The notes below the pieces were generated by a model, which saw nothing but the letters and a program-made list of their open reading frames with translations, made no database searches and was not told the origin of the DNA. From an uncultured Thermococci archaeon (GTDB lineage Archaea > Methanobacteriota_B > Thermococci > Methanofastidiosales > B48-G16): a stretch of DNA of 64,000 bases. Both the position numbers and the translations under genes were made by a program. Location: positions 1 through 64,000 of the forward strand of contig CAZQQT010000006.1 of the NCBI GenBank assembly GCA_964595645.1. The letters are read 5' to 3'. The first letter of the stretch is position 1. Every line of letters starts with the position of its first letter. Of this stretch, positions 10,282 through 21,447 are shown one piece after another.

Positions 10282-10636
10282 CTTCAATCTCCTCGTACCG
10301 TTTCATAATCTCCTTTTGAAGCTGCGACTTCGTCCCTGGATTTATTGTATAGCCTTCTATTTCCAGATCTTCAATAAACTCATTGAACGTTTCCCGGTTG
10401 CCCAAGCCATGTTCTTCAACATACTCATCCACCAGTCCTTCTTTCACGATCTCATCAGCGATACTATACTCCTTTTTGAGACCCAATAGCGCCGAAGCAG
10501 CGAAAAATATAGGAACGATAACGGCGATCGCCTGGAACGTGGGATTGTCTATCCATCTGTAGGCAACGTATACCACCACTGCTACAACAGCAAGCAAAAT
10601 AATTATTCCATTTACAGGAACTTCTCTTTCTACCAT
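10256..10636 (-). CDS. Hypothetical membrane protein (2 TM + acidic domain)
   Basis: 126-aa ORF with two hydrophobic segments, overlapping the ltaE start. Confidence 0.7.
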   Translation of the reverse strand: MVEREVPVNGIIILLAVVAVVVYVAYRWIDNPTFQAIAVIVPIFFAASALLGLKKEYSIADEIVKEGLVDEYVEEHGLGNRETFNEFIEDLEIEGYTINPGTKSQLQKEIMKRYEEIEDENSRSEK

Positions 10637-10728
10637 GGTGTATGTTCAGAGGCTTTCTATTTAAATTTTACTTAGGAGACATGTGAGAACACCATAACCT
10701 CTTAAAGGACGAAGGGGAAAGAAGGCAT

Positions 10729-11661
10729 ATGAACGAGTACGATGTGATCATCATAGGTGCAGGTCCGGCAGGGTATGCAGCGGGAATCTATGCGACGCGG
10801 TTTGGTATGAATACACTGCTGATAGGGAAGGAACCAGGAGGACAGGTCACAGAATCATACGAGATAGAGAACTACCCTGGTTTTACAAAAATAAGTGGAA
10901 TGGATTTGGCAGAAAGATTCACAGAACATGCAGAAGCGCTTGGAGTTACGACAGAAGCACTGGTTGAGGTTACCAAGATAGAAAAAAGGGAAGATAAATT
11001 CATCGTCGTTACAGAAGATAAAGGAGAATATAGTGCTCCAGCAGTGATACTCACAACGGGTGCAAAAAAACGAAAACTCGATCTTCCTAACGAAGAAAAG
11101 TTCACGGGGAGGGGAATCTCCTACTGCGCCACCTGTGATGGTGCGTTTTTCAGAGAGAAGACAGTAGGTGTTATCGGTGGTGGCGACTCCGCAGTGACAT
11201 CAGCGCTCCTACTCTCAGCCTACGCAGACAAAGTCTATCTTTTGTATAGGAGAGAAAAAGAGAGGATGAGAGCGATGCCCACGTGGGTAGAGAGAGCAGA
11301 ACGCAATGAAAAGATAGAAATGAGATTTAATGCCATGCCAAAAGAACTAAAGGGCGAGAACGCACTTGAATCCGTTATCTTCGATCAGAACGATAACACA
11401 GTTGAGATTCGGATGGACGGTCTCTTTATTGAGATAGGTGCCGAACCGGAGAGCGAGCTCGCACAAGCGTTAGGTGTATCCGTAACAGAAAAAGGATATA
11501 TAGATGTCAATAACGATATGTCTACAAATGTTTCTGGTGTGTTTGCCGCCGGCGATGTAACTACAGGCTCCAATCAACTTGAGCAGATAGTGACTGCCTG
11601 CGCGGAAGGAGCCATCGCAGCCGAGTCTGCGCATAAATTTCTTGAGGAGGTGCATAGATGA
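10729..11661 (+). CDS. trxB: Thioredoxin-disulfide reductase
   Basis: GAGPAG, CATCDG redox motif, GGGDSA, FAAGDV. Confidence 0.9.
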   Translation: MNEYDVIIIGAGPAGYAAGIYATRFGMNTLLIGKEPGGQVTESYEIENYPGFTKISGMDLAERFTEHAEALGVTTEALVEVTKIEKREDKFIVVTEDKGEYSAPAVILTTGAKKRKLDLPNEEKFTGRGISYCATCDGAFFREKTVGVIGGGDSAVTSALLLSAYADKVYLLYRREKERMRAMPTWVERAERNEKIEMRFNAMPKELKGENALESVIFDQNDNTVEIRMDGLFIEIGAEPESELAQALGVSVTEKGYIDVNNDMSTNVSGVFAAGDVTTGSNQLEQIVTACAEGAIAAESAHKFLEEVHR

Positions 11662-11972
11662 CGGTGTGTAAAAACTGCGGGGAAGAAGCTCCGGAGACGG
11701 CAAATTTCTGCCCGAACTGCGGGTACTCTCTTTCAATGAAAAAGGAAGAATTTGAAGTAGATGCTGACAAACTTGTAGAAAAAGTAAAAGAAATAATACG
11801 TGAAGGGAATGTAAACAAAATAATAGTAAAAAACGAAGAAGATAAAACACTGCTGAATATTCCCGTGACAGTCGGTGTCGTCGGGACACTCATTGCTCCA
11901 TGGCTTGCCGCTCTTGGTGCTATTGCAGCAATCGCGACGAAATGTACGATAATCGTTGAGAGAGAAAAATAA
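11658..11972 (+). CDS. Zinc-ribbon + DUF4342 domain protein
   Basis: CKNCG...FCPNCG ribbon; VKEIIREGNVNKIIVK...LLNIPVTVG DUF4342 pattern. Confidence 0.8.
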   Translation: MTVCKNCGEEAPETANFCPNCGYSLSMKKEEFEVDADKLVEKVKEIIREGNVNKIIVKNEEDKTLLNIPVTVGVVGTLIAPWLAALGAIAAIATKCTIIVEREK

Positions 11973-11976
11973 AAGT

Positions 11977-12129
11977 ATGTCTAAAATAAACAGAATAAAA
12001 GAGCTTATACAGCTTTTTAAAGAAGGAGATAGGGAGACAAAGGCGTATATTCTCTATACTCTCGGAGTAATTATCGCAGATACCTTGATAATACTAGGAA
12101 TCGTGATATTCATCTACATTATTTATAAC
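11977..12129 (+). CDS. Small single-TM membrane protein (50 aa)
   Basis: Manual translation MSKINRIKELIQLFKEGDRETKAYILYTLGVIIADTLIILGIVIFIYIIL; fills the gap 4 nt after the previous stop. Confidence 0.6.
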
Positions 12130-12192
12130 AGATGACGGTAAAGACTATTGCAATAAACGAAATATTTTTATAGCCTGGGGAGAAGAAGCGGT

Positions 12193-12906
12193 ATGGTGGA
12201 TGACTCAAAGGAAAAGCTCGCAAAAAGAATGGCCGGAGAGATCGTGCTTTCAGACGATCCTGGAAAAACAATGAAAAAATGGAGAGAGATCTTCGGGATC
12301 ACCCAGACGGATCTGGCCAATCATCTGGAGGTGTCCTCTTCTGTACTTAGTGATTATGAAGGTGGGAGGAGAAAGTCACCGGGGGCGGGTACCATCAAAA
12401 AATTTGTGGAGGGGCTGATACACCTCGACGAAGTGAATGGTGGACAGGTCATTCACGCATTCTCGCGGATGTTCACCACCGAGCTTTCTACGAACATCAT
12501 CATGGATATTAGAGAGTTTTCCGTTCCTGTAGATATAGAAACAGTGGCAAAAGCTGTCTGGGGTGACATACTCACACCGCCGAGATTTTCAGAACGCAAA
12601 ATCTATGGATACACCGTAATAGACTCTATAAAGGCAATTTTGGGCATGGAAACAGAGGATTTCCTGAAACTTTATGGGTGGACCACGGAAAGAGCGTTGG
12701 TATTCACAAAGGTTACCTACGGGAGAAGCCCCATGGTGGCAATCAAGGTAAAGGGTCTCAAGCCATCGCTTGTTGTGATTCATGGACCGGAGGAGATGGA
12801 TCCCGTTGCTGTAAAGATCGCAAAAACGGAGAAAATCCCGCTTGTACTTTCTAACGCTGACTCGGTGGATCTGCTTCTCAAAGGATTACGAAATATCAAG
12901 GTGTAA
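12193..12906 (+). CDS. Archaeal XRE-family HTH transcriptional regulator
   Basis: WREIFGITQTDLANHLEVSSSVLSDYEGGRRKSPG HTH; GRSPMVAIKV conserved block; precedes mevalonate genes. Confidence 0.8.
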   Translation: MVDDSKEKLAKRMAGEIVLSDDPGKTMKKWREIFGITQTDLANHLEVSSSVLSDYEGGRRKSPGAGTIKKFVEGLIHLDEVNGGQVIHAFSRMFTTELSTNIIMDIREFSVPVDIETVAKAVWGDILTPPRFSERKIYGYTVIDSIKAILGMETEDFLKLYGWTTERALVFTKVTYGRSPMVAIKVKGLKPSLVVIHGPEEMDPVAVKIAKTEKIPLVLSNADSVDLLLKGLRNIKV

Positions 12907-12989
12907 GGATCGTTTTTTGTCGATAAAGTGTCTTGCAAACACCGAAAAGTTTTTAAAAGCTATCTTAAAGACTAGGAAGAGTGATATCT

Positions 12990-14036
12990 ATGATCAGCAT
13001 AGTAGGGTATGGTGCGTATGTACCTAAAACCAGAATTAAAACGAGTGAAATCGCGACTGTTTGGGGAAAAAACCCCAAAAATGTCGAAAATGGGTTAGGT
13101 GTGTACGAGAAATCAGTGCCCAATATGGATGAAGACACAATTACGATTGCAGCTGCCGCTGCAAAATCAGCATTACAACGCGCAGGCATCCCACCAAAAA
13201 AGGTAGGGGCGATATACATTGGCTCAGAGTCACATCCCTACGTGGTGAAACCATCGGGAACCGTGGTGGCTGCAGCCATTGGATGTGAGGGAGAACTCAG
13301 ATGCGCTGACTACGAGTTCGCCTGCAAGGCGGGCACTGCAGCGATCCAGAATGTGATGGGCCTTATCAAAGGCGAAGAGATCGAGTACGGCCTCGCAATC
13401 GGTGCAGATACCTCGCAAGGTGCTCCTGGAGACGCACTGGAGTACGCTGCATCTGCCGGTGGAGCAGCATTTCTCCTCGGTAAGAAGAACAGTGAGAGCA
13501 TCGCAACAATCGAAAAGACGCTTTCCTACACCACGGATACGCCGGACTTCTGGAGACGCGAACATGAACGGTATCCACAGCACGGCGGACGATTTACAGG
13601 AGAGCCCGCGTACTTCAAGCATGTAGGCACCGCCACAGAAATGATGATGGAAAAGGTAGGAACTACGCCGAAGGACGTGGATTACGTTGTGTTCCATATG
13701 CCCAATGCAAAGTTCCCCTTAAAAATGGCGAAAAAGCTTGGATTCTCAAAGCAACAAATAGAACAGAGTCTGGTGGTAAGTAAAATAGGAAATACATACT
13801 CTGGATCGAGTCCACTCGGACTCACCGCCACCCTCGATATCGCCGAACCGGGAGATAGTATCCTGATGACCTCGTATGGATCCGGTGCAGGTTCTGACTC
13901 GTTTTACATCACCGTTGACGATGGAATCGAAGAGAAGCGAGACAAAGGAGAAAATACATGGGACATTATCAACAAAAAGAAGTATATCAATTACGCAACC
14001 TACGCAAAGTATAGAAATAAAATAAGGATGGAGTGA
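12990..14036 (+). CDS. hmgB: Archaeal hydroxymethylglutaryl-CoA synthase
   Basis: [15 protein letters not shown] (catalytic Cys), [21 protein letters not shown]. Confidence 0.92.
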   Translation: MISIVGYGAYVPKTRIKTSEIATVWGKNPKNVENGLGVYEKSVPNMDEDTITIAAAAAKSALQRAGIPPKKVGAIYIGSESHPYVVKPSGTVVAAAIGCEGELRCADYEFACKAGTAAIQNVMGLIKGEEIEYGLAIGADTSQGAPGDALEYAASAGGAAFLLGKKNSESIATIEKTLSYTTDTPDFWRREHERYPQHGGRFTGEPAYFKHVGTATEMMMEKVGTTPKDVDYVVFHMPNAKFPLKMAKKLGFSKQQIEQSLVVSKIGNTYSGSSPLGLTATLDIAEPGDSILMTSYGSGAGSDSFYITVDDGIEEKRDKGENTWDIINKKKYINYATYAKYRNKIRME

Positions 14037-14040
14037 TACC

Positions 14041-15198
14041 ATGGAGAATGTTGCTGTTATTGGAGTAGGAATGACGAAGTTTGGAGAGTTATGGAACTCG
14101 TCACTGAGAAATCTCACGATTGAAGCCGGAACAAAGGCGTTGAACGATGCCAATGTGGTGGGTGAAGATATCGATGCCCTCTACACAGGCTGTATGACAG
14201 GAGATATGTTCGTCAAACAGGGGCACATCTCATCACTGATTGCCGATTACGGTGGACTGCTCCCCACACCCTCCACCCGTGTGGAGTCTGCCTGTGCATC
14301 TGGTGGTCTTGCACTGAGGCAGGGAATCATGACAATTGCTTCCGGAATGGCCGACATTGTCGTGTCCGCAGGCGTTGAGAAGATGACCGATGCCATGGGA
14401 TCGCAGACCACGGGTTACCTCGCATCTGCAGCCGATCAGGAGTGGGAGGCATTCAACGGTGCCACCTTCCCGAGTCTCTACGCACTCATGGCAACACGGC
14501 ACATGCACGAGTATGGGACTACTGAAGAGCAGTTAAGCCTTGTTGCGGTAAAGAACCATCATAATGCAAGTTTGAATCCACACGCACACTTTCCCTTCGA
14601 AACGACGGTAGAAAAGGTAATGAGCTCTACATTCATCGCCGATCCACTGCGACTGTTCCACTGCTCGCCTATCAGTGATGGTGCTGCGTGTGTGGTACTC
14701 GCCTCTGAAGAAAAGGCGAAGGAACTGAGTGATGATCCTGTGTGGATACGAGGATCGGGACAGGCCTCCAGCGCAATAGGAATCTACGACAGAGACGATA
14801 TCTGCACACTCGATGCCACCGTGAACGCAGCAAAATCTGCCTACAAAATGGCAAGAATGACACCTGAAGATATTGACTTCGCCGAGGTGCACGACTGTTT
14901 CACCATCAACGAGATTATCTCCACTGAGGATCTCGGGTTCTTCACGAAAGGTGAGGGTGGAAAGGCTGTTGAAGACGGCATTACCTCGCTGGACGGAGAG
15001 CTTCCTATTAACTCTTCCGGTGGATTAAAGGCGAAGGGACACCCTGTCGGCGCGACGGGGATTGCTCAGGTGGTAGAAGCAGTTCTACAGCTTCGTGGAG
15101 AAGCTGGAAAACGACAGATAGACGACGTAGAGATCGGACTGACACACAACGTTGGGGGCTCCGGTGGAACTGCCGTTGTCCATATATTTTCGAGGTGA
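14041..15198 (+). CDS. Acetoacetyl-CoA thiolase (archaeal, mevalonate pathway)
   Basis: [28 protein letters not shown]. Confidence 0.92.
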   Translation: MENVAVIGVGMTKFGELWNSSLRNLTIEAGTKALNDANVVGEDIDALYTGCMTGDMFVKQGHISSLIADYGGLLPTPSTRVESACASGGLALRQGIMTIASGMADIVVSAGVEKMTDAMGSQTTGYLASAADQEWEAFNGATFPSLYALMATRHMHEYGTTEEQLSLVAVKNHHNASLNPHAHFPFETTVEKVMSSTFIADPLRLFHCSPISDGAACVVLASEEKAKELSDDPVWIRGSGQASSAIGIYDRDDICTLDATVNAAKSAYKMARMTPEDIDFAEVHDCFTINEIISTEDLGFFTKGEGGKAVEDGITSLDGELPINSSGGLKAKGHPVGATGIAQVVEAVLQLRGEAGKRQIDDVEIGLTHNVGGSGGTAVVHIFSR

Positions 15199-15203
15199 TA
15201 TGA

Positions 15204-15599
15204 ATGGGTGTACCACGATTTTGGAGAGAGATCCCGTATAGATACAGGCTCGTAGGAAGTCACTGTAAGAACTGTGATGAGTCCTTCTTCCCACCCAGGG
15301 AAATATGTCCAACATGTCGGAGAGCGGGTGAAGTCGAAGAAATAAAACTTGCCGAAGAGGGTGAAGTGTACAGCTATACCGTGATCAGAACAGCCCCTCC
15401 AAAGTTTGACATACAAACACCCTATGTCATTGCGTTGATCCAGCTGAACAATGGCCCATTAATCCTCTCTCAGCTGACAGACTGCGAGATTGATGACGTC
15501 GAGATAGGGAAAAAGGTAAAGATGGTCTTCAGGAAAATCAGTGAGGATGGTCCAGAAGGCATCATCAACTATGGGTACAAGTTTGTACTGGACGAGTGA
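15204..15599 (+). CDS. DUF35 Zn-ribbon/OB-fold scaffold of the thiolase-HMGS complex
   Basis: CKNC...[10 protein letters not shown] and YGYKF end; position after thiolase. Confidence 0.9.
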   Translation: MGVPRFWREIPYRYRLVGSHCKNCDESFFPPREICPTCRRAGEVEEIKLAEEGEVYSYTVIRTAPPKFDIQTPYVIALIQLNNGPLILSQLTDCEIDDVEIGKKVKMVFRKISEDGPEGIINYGYKFVLDE

Positions 15600-15603
15600 T
15601 TCC

Positions 15604-16851
15604 ATGGAATCCAGGATTCCAGGATTTTATAAGCTGTCACAAGAAGAACGGATGGAGAAGGTACGAGAGTTTGCGAATCTAGAGAAGAAACATGTGGATG
15701 CACTAATGGGAAGAGCGCTTACGTTCGAGGATGCCGACAGAATGATTGAAAACGTCCTCGGCACGCACGAACTTCCCTTCGGCATCGCCACCAACTTCCT
15801 CATCAACGAAAAGGATTACATGATCCCCATGGTAATCGAGGAGCCTTCCGTCGTTGCTGCTGCCTCGAACGCTGCAAAGATCGCACGAAAGCATGGTGGA
15901 TTCCACGCCACCTCCACCGAGCCCGTGATGATCGCACAGATACAGATGTGCAACCTCACCACGCCGCAATACGCAAAGATGCAGATCCTCGAAGAAAAGG
16001 AGGAGATACTGAAAATTGCAAATGATCAGGATCCGGTGTTAATAAAGTTCGGTGGGGGTGCCAGAGACATCGAAGTGCGGGTATTTGAAGAAGAACAGAT
16101 GGTCGTTGTCCATCTCCTCGTGGATGTGCGAGATGCCATGGGTGCAAACGCGGTCAACACCATGGCAGAAGCGGTGGCTCCCTTCCTCGAGAAAGTGACA
16201 GGGGGAGAGACCGTACTCCGGATTATCTCCAACCTCGCAGCTCATAGACTCGCACGGGCACGAGCTGTCTTCAATGCCGACGCCCTTGGAGGAGAACGAG
16301 TGGTGAACAGGATTCTCAAAGCATATACCCTCGCGAAGATCGATCCCTTCAGAGCCGCCACACACAACAAAGGAATTATGAATGGAGTAACGGCTGTGGT
16401 GTCAGCCACGTGCAACGATACCCGCGCGATAGAGGCAGGATGCCACGCCTACGCCGCGAGACACGGGAGGTACACTTCGCTTACCCATTACGAAAAAAAT
16501 GAGGACGGGAATCTCGTGGGGAGTATTGAAATTCCCACTGCCATCGGGACTATCGGCGGTGCGACGAAACACCCCGTGGCAGCGACAGCGTTGACAATCC
16601 TCGGTGTTGAGACGGCAACGGAGATGGGACAGGTTCTCGCCTCTGTAGGACTCGCACAAAATATTGCCGCACTTCGTGCGCTCTCGGATGAGGGTATCCA
16701 GCAGGGGCATATGAAGCTTCACGCCAAGAACATCGCATCGATGGCCGGGGCGACGGGTGAAATGGTGGATACCGTTGCTAAAAAAATGATAGAAAAAGGA
16801 AAAATACGCGTGGACGTGGCAAAAGAGATACTTGACGAACTACAATCTTAA
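15604..16851 (+). CDS. mvaA: Class II HMG-CoA reductase
   Basis: [45 protein letters not shown]. Confidence 0.9.
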   Translation: MESRIPGFYKLSQEERMEKVREFANLEKKHVDALMGRALTFEDADRMIENVLGTHELPFGIATNFLINEKDYMIPMVIEEPSVVAAASNAAKIARKHGGFHATSTEPVMIAQIQMCNLTTPQYAKMQILEEKEEILKIANDQDPVLIKFGGGARDIEVRVFEEEQMVVVHLLVDVRDAMGANAVNTMAEAVAPFLEKVTGGETVLRIISNLAAHRLARARAVFNADALGGERVVNRILKAYTLAKIDPFRAATHNKGIMNGVTAVVSATCNDTRAIEAGCHAYAARHGRYTSLTHYEKNEDGNLVGSIEIPTAIGTIGGATKHPVAATALTILGVETATEMGQVLASVGLAQNIAALRALSDEGIQQGHMKLHAKNIASMAGATGEMVDTVAKKMIEKGKIRVDVAKEILDELQS

Positions 16852-17129
16852 CTTTCCTCTTTTCTTATTTTCCGTATCTCATCGGCAATCATTTTCAGTG
16901 TCTTTATCTTTGAATTTTTTTTGTCGACGAGCACCCGTCCCTTCGATCCATTGGGATGCTGTGTGTGCTCTATTGTTGGATGAAGTCCTAAGTTCCCTGC
17001 AGCTTCCGCAATCTCATCCAATATCGGATCCTTCACTGCGAGACCCTGTGCGATCTTTCGTCCCTCGCTTCTTGTGCGTGTTGCCTCAAGATTCATTTTC
17101 CAAACAATCATCTGATCCATAATTCTCAC
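16848..17129 (-). CDS. srp19: Signal recognition particle protein SRP19
   Basis: IVW...TRSEGRKI...AVKDP.LDEI.EAA..LGL...HP...GRVLV...K. Confidence 0.85.
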   Translation of the reverse strand: MRIMDQMIVWKMNLEATRTRSEGRKIAQGLAVKDPILDEIAEAAGNLGLHPTIEHTQHPNGSKGRVLVDKKNSKIKTLKMIADEIRKIRKEES

Positions 17130-17594
17130 CTATATTGCTGTAAAACGCTGGATTAATGCATACGATTCATCACCATCAACATACTGTACTTCGATAGAGA
17201 TATAGTACTGCATGCCATGCACTAACTCAATCCCACACTCAGGCCCCACCGGGACAACTGCCACATCCATTTCTTCCCCAGGAATCTCTACATCACCCCC
17301 TTCGAGAGGACAAGAGTGACTTCCTGACCCTCCAACTTTTCCTACTACGGGGCTGGCTGCCAATATCTTTATAGGATGGCCTGTATTATTTCTAATTGTC
17401 ACATAAACGGTACTCTGATCGGTGGCAAGATCGACAATACTCGCCATTTGTGACGGTGGAACCTGTTTGATGTCACTTCCCGTCTCTTTCAGATAGTTAG
17501 TGTACCATATATAGATAAGCGTGCCGCCAAAAGTAGCAACAGCCAAAAGTAGAAGAACAGTAACCGTTACACTAACTTCACATTTTTTATTCAT
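17130..17594 (-). CDS. Pilin-like protein (atypical class III signal peptide)
   Basis: MNKKCEVSVTVTVLLLLAVATFGGTLIYIW; shares YVT(I/V)(R/K)N and the terminal (F/Y)TAI with the pilin at 19380-19880; ATGA overlap with the aglB stop. Confidence 0.7.
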   Translation of the reverse strand: MNKKCEVSVTVTVLLLLAVATFGGTLIYIWYTNYLKETGSDIKQVPPSQMASIVDLATDQSTVYVTIRNNTGHPIKILAASPVVGKVGGSGSHSCPLEGGDVEIPGEEMDVAVVPVGPECGIELVHGMQYYISIEVQYVDGDESYALIQRFTAI

Positions 17595-19363
17595 GCTATC
17601 CACTCTCTATATACTTTAAAGATTTTTATCTTTTTAAACACTTTGATCATTTCAATATTGGGAATCTCTTCAGCCTCGTGTAGATATAACTCTGTGAATA
17701 ATGCATTTTCCAGTTTAGGATCTACGATAAATATTCGAGATGGCATCCACTCCTTGGGGAATACTACACTATATTCCTGTGCAGAGTACACAGAACCGTT
17801 GAATGGTCTATAGTTTCTTTCGTTCCCGATTTTTATTGTGCCATTTCTTTCAGTGATCAGATGTTCGTCGTAGAAAGTGGAGAAGTCGTAGTATGTCCCG
17901 TATTTTCGTGGAAAGCGGACCATATATTCTAATTGCTCTTCGGTGTAACGACTGATCATCTCGAAGTGATATAACTCTCGCTCTGTGAGGAGAATATACA
18001 TATTTTCAAATTGTAATTCTTTCAGTTTTGTTGTATCCTCTGAGATAAGTATCTCGGCGAACATCTGCACCTTGTAGCTTGGATTGTGCCCGTTGTCTGT
18101 GTAGGACGCTCGTCTTCCTAATGCTTCGATCCAGTAACCATAATCCCACCACGCCAGTACTACCGCATCTTCTTCTATATTACTATTCATCCACGACAAC
18201 GCCTCTCTCCAGTTCTCGTCGGGATACGATCTTTCTATCTCTTTATTTATGGTGATCTGATATATACAAAGAGAAAGACTCAAAAATACAAGTATAATGC
18301 CTGCAACTCTATACTTCACTCGCCAGATATTCTGAAATAGGAATCCCAAAAAAAGCGAGGTGACAAGCAACAGTGGGATCGCGAAGTAAAAGAGGAAGCG
18401 ATGTCCGGCACGTAGTGTTGATGCAGAGGGAATAAGGAGAAACAGTACCAGAAGCGCCAGAGGGTAGTACTTTCTTTCTCTGTAGACAAGATACAGAAGT
18501 ATAATACATCCAAGGATTCCAAGAGGGAGTATTATCCCTAGTAAAGAAAAAGCCCTTCCCAGTGTTACATTCTGTAACTCACCTACTGTTTCTGATACAT
18601 CAAATGCAGTAACCTGTGTATATCTTTTTGCATAGTAAGAGCTATATTTGGGAACGTGAAGTAGAAATGAAAATGTTTTCTTTTCGTAAAGCGTTGCAGG
18701 AACGATATATATCACAGACGGTACAATAAAATATAGAAAATTCCTGATACTTTTTCTTATCTCAACAAGCGCATAAATGAAGATCGTTCCGAGAAAGATA
18801 TAAACGTAAAACCAATACCCCGTCCAAAAAGTTTGGAAGACAAAGAGCGTAAATCCCAATCCGCAAAGATAAAGTAAATTCTTTGTGAGGTAAAACTTGA
18901 CAAAGAAATAAATAAGTAACGATACGAACAACAGTACTAGTGCATCTGTATCGGCAAATGTTTTATTCGTTCTTTCTACGAGTATTGGCGTCGAAGCTAC
19001 TAGAAATCCGGCAAAGATACCTGTGTAGTCTCTAAATTGCTTTCCGATTTGATACATCAAAAAAACAGAGATTAAAGAAAAGATCAGTGGTATATAGACC
19101 ATATATTTCTCCAAACTTATAAATGGAACTAATTTATATGAATATGCAGTGAGATAGTGATAAAAGTTCCATGCATATTGTGTACCTTCAGCCGGTCTCC
19201 GTAGATAGTCTACATCAGAGATCTCATTATGTAAAAGTTCATCAGCCTTTCGATAGTGGTAGTAGCTGTCATATCCCGTTAGAATATTATAGCTATTCCA
19301 TCTCAAACAGATCGTAAGAGAAAATAGCAAAATTAAAAGAAGAAAAGAGATTTTTTTATCCAT
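17591..19363 (-). CDS. aglB: Short STT3/AglB-family oligosaccharyltransferase (590 aa)
   Basis: GYDSYYH, FADTD, TVGE (TIXE-like) and WWDYG motifs; many TM helices. Confidence 0.85.
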   Translation of the reverse strand: MDKKISFLLLILLFSLTICLRWNSYNILTGYDSYYHYRKADELLHNEISDVDYLRRPAEGTQYAWNFYHYLTAYSYKLVPFISLEKYMVYIPLIFSLISVFLMYQIGKQFRDYTGIFAGFLVASTPILVERTNKTFADTDALVLLFVSLLIYFFVKFYLTKNLLYLCGLGFTLFVFQTFWTGYWFYVYIFLGTIFIYALVEIRKSIRNFLYFIVPSVIYIVPATLYEKKTFSFLLHVPKYSSYYAKRYTQVTAFDVSETVGELQNVTLGRAFSLLGIILPLGILGCIILLYLVYRERKYYPLALLVLFLLIPSASTLRAGHRFLFYFAIPLLLVTSLFLGFLFQNIWRVKYRVAGIILVFLSLSLCIYQITINKEIERSYPDENWREALSWMNSNIEEDAVVLAWWDYGYWIEALGRRASYTDNGHNPSYKVQMFAEILISEDTTKLKELQFENMYILLTERELYHFEMISRYTEEQLEYMVRFPRKYGTYYDFSTFYDEHLITERNGTIKIGNERNYRPFNGSVYSAQEYSVVFPKEWMPSRIFIVDPKLENALFTELYLHEAEEIPNIEMIKVFKKIKIFKVYREWIA

Positions 19364-19379
19364 TTAATCACAAAAGCGA

Positions 19380-19880
19380 TTAAATGGCTGTATATTTCTG
19401 TGTAACGGTCGTACCGCCGGCTGTGATAATTATCGTGTAGGTGTCTCCTGCAGTGATATCTGGACCTGTTATCTCAAGCTGTCCTTCTTCGCCGTCTGGT
19501 ATATTAGTACTTGTAAACTCACCGTTGCCAGTACCCTCAGTATCGTCGCCTACTTGATTATCGGTCGTGAAATCCTCTCCATTATCATCTTTTACCGTCA
19601 TGGATACCGTAGATTGTGTATCTGTTGTCTCATTAATAGTGGCTACTAGATCCTTTCCAGTTGCATTTTTCACCGTGACATAGAAGTTACTGTTGTCGTT
19701 CGTCACGTTCGTAATGCTCAGCTTTCCACCGATACTTCCCGACTTCTCTTCGACATCAGACTGACTCTGCTGCTGAAAACTCTTGTACCAGATGAAGTAC
19801 GCACCAACAGCCGCTACTGCCACTGCGACCAACAGCATCACAGCGATAACCGGGCTGACCGCCTTTTTGTTTATTCTCAT
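19380..19880 (-). CDS. Archaeal type IV pilin
   Basis: Class III signal KKA/VSPVIAVMLLVAVAVAAVG; sequons NVT, NAT, NET. Confidence 0.9.
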   Translation of the reverse strand: MRINKKAVSPVIAVMLLVAVAVAAVGAYFIWYKSFQQQSQSDVEEKSGSIGGKLSITNVTNDNSNFYVTVKNATGKDLVATINETTDTQSTVSMTVKDDNGEDFTTDNQVGDDTEGTGNGEFTSTNIPDGEEGQLEITGPDITAGDTYTIIITAGGTTVTQKYTAI

Positions 19881-20062
19881 GTTTTTGCCTCCTTCATAGT
19901 TTATACATGTACTTTTCTCTCTTCGTACTTTATAAAGCTTTCGGTATCTTTTCGTGAAAATCGTGAAATAGAAAATTGTTATCGAGAGAATCGCGAATTA
20001 TAAGAGATGAATTTGAGAAATCTGCGAAAAGTTTATAAAAGATTAGATACATACTGTATGTA

Positions 20063-20476
20063 ATGAAAGAGAAGGACAGGAAGATCCTCAGGCTCCTGAA
20101 GCAGAACTCCCGACTCAGCGTCACGGAGATGTCGGAAAGACTAGACATTCCTGACACTACCATCCACTATCGACTGAAGAAACTCGATCCTTACATCAAA
20201 AAATACACGGTGGTCCCAAATTACACAAAAATGGGAATGAAGCTCTACCTCCTCACCATGGAAATAGAGAAGTACGTGCTGGAGAAGGTGACCAGAGAAA
20301 TTGTGGAAGAGATCTACCGTGACCTCTCAACGAAGAAGGGAATTATCGGCACATTCCGTTCAGGAGAGAAAATATTCGTTGTACTAGCTGCTGAAGAGCT
20401 CGATAAAGGGGATTTCGACTACGCAGGAGTAAAAAACGTTGAGTATATCCCTTTAGACTCCTTTGAAATACTGTAG
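20063..20476 (+). CDS. Lrp/AsnC-family transcriptional regulator
   Basis: DRKILRLLKQNSRLSVTEMSERLDIPDTTIHYRLKKL HTH. Confidence 0.85.
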   Translation: MKEKDRKILRLLKQNSRLSVTEMSERLDIPDTTIHYRLKKLDPYIKKYTVVPNYTKMGMKLYLLTMEIEKYVLEKVTREIVEEIYRDLSTKKGIIGTFRSGEKIFVVLAAEELDKGDFDYAGVKNVEYIPLDSFEIL

Positions 20477-20483
20477 TGGTGAC

Positions 20484-21038
20484 ATGAATCTGATTATCAC
20501 CGGACCTCCAGGGACAGGAAAACGATTATGGCTGAAAAAGCTCGTCACAGGTAGTGTATTGTATGTCACCATGGATATCCCTCCTGAAGATATCGTCTTT
20601 GATGGCATATCTGTGGACTGCTACTCCGAGAGAATCGGAGAATCATCACAGAAGTACCGCGCCACGTACGCCTACGATCTCGACGAGATCTTCAAAGAGA
20701 TTTCCCATGCTATGGAAGAGTTCACAGAACGGTTCACCGGAAAGTATATGGTGATAGACTCGCTCACGCCACTGATACTCACCGTGGGGATCCATCCTGT
20801 ATATCGGTTCCTTCAGAAGTTGCTGGCCTACGCGAGCACAAACAGCATCGAGGTGATCGCGCTTCTGCACGCAGGTGCACACAAAAAAAGGGAGGAGCGA
20901 TCGATACTCCACCTCTTCGATGATGCACTCTTACTAGAAAAACTTAATAACAGGGAAAAGATAGAGTACTATTACCATCGGATGCACGATGCGAAAAAAA
21001 AGGAATACTACATGAAAGAAGGTGAGATACGTGAATGA
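20484..21038 (+). CDS. Short, divergent KaiC/RAD55-like ATPase domain protein
   Basis: GPPGTGKR Walker A variant, VLYVTMD, VIDSLTPL Walker B, HLFDDAL. Confidence 0.7.
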   Translation: MNLIITGPPGTGKRLWLKKLVTGSVLYVTMDIPPEDIVFDGISVDCYSERIGESSQKYRATYAYDLDEIFKEISHAMEEFTERFTGKYMVIDSLTPLILTVGIHPVYRFLQKLLAYASTNSIEVIALLHAGAHKKREERSILHLFDDALLLEKLNNREKIEYYYHRMHDAKKKEYYMKEGEIRE

Positions 21039-21447
21039 GTTTGTGGATTATGCCATCGGGACACTAATTCTCTTCCTGTTAAGCGTGGAACTTCTCTCGT
21101 ACATTCTACGAGATCTACAGGAAGACTACAAAAGCAGGGTGATGTACGCCACTGTCGGCGATACCTTCGGTATTCTCGGCTATATGCTCCTCATTATATT
21201 CGTCGTTTCCGCCTCAGGGAGCTTTGCCCAGCTTTGGAACCTTGAGCCCATGCCTTATAGAATGGTGGCACGGTCCACCGCGTCCCTTCTCTCTCTTGTA
21301 CTCTATACAGGACATATCGCGTTTAAAAGAGCATATGGAACAGAAATAAAAAGAGGAAAGGAAACAGAGTATTATTTCACGCTTATATTTGCAGTACTTG
21401 GATATATCTTTTATCTTATGGCGATCACGTCAGGAGGGAGGATATAA
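21022..21447 (+). CDS. Hypothetical 4-TM membrane protein
   Basis: Four hydrophobic segments; coupled within the operon. Confidence 0.7.
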   Translation: MRYVNEFVDYAIGTLILFLLSVELLSYILRDLQEDYKSRVMYATVGDTFGILGYMLLIIFVVSASGSFAQLWNLEPMPYRMVARSTASLLSLVLYTGHIAFKRAYGTEIKRGKETEYYFTLIFAVLGYIFYLMAITSGGRI

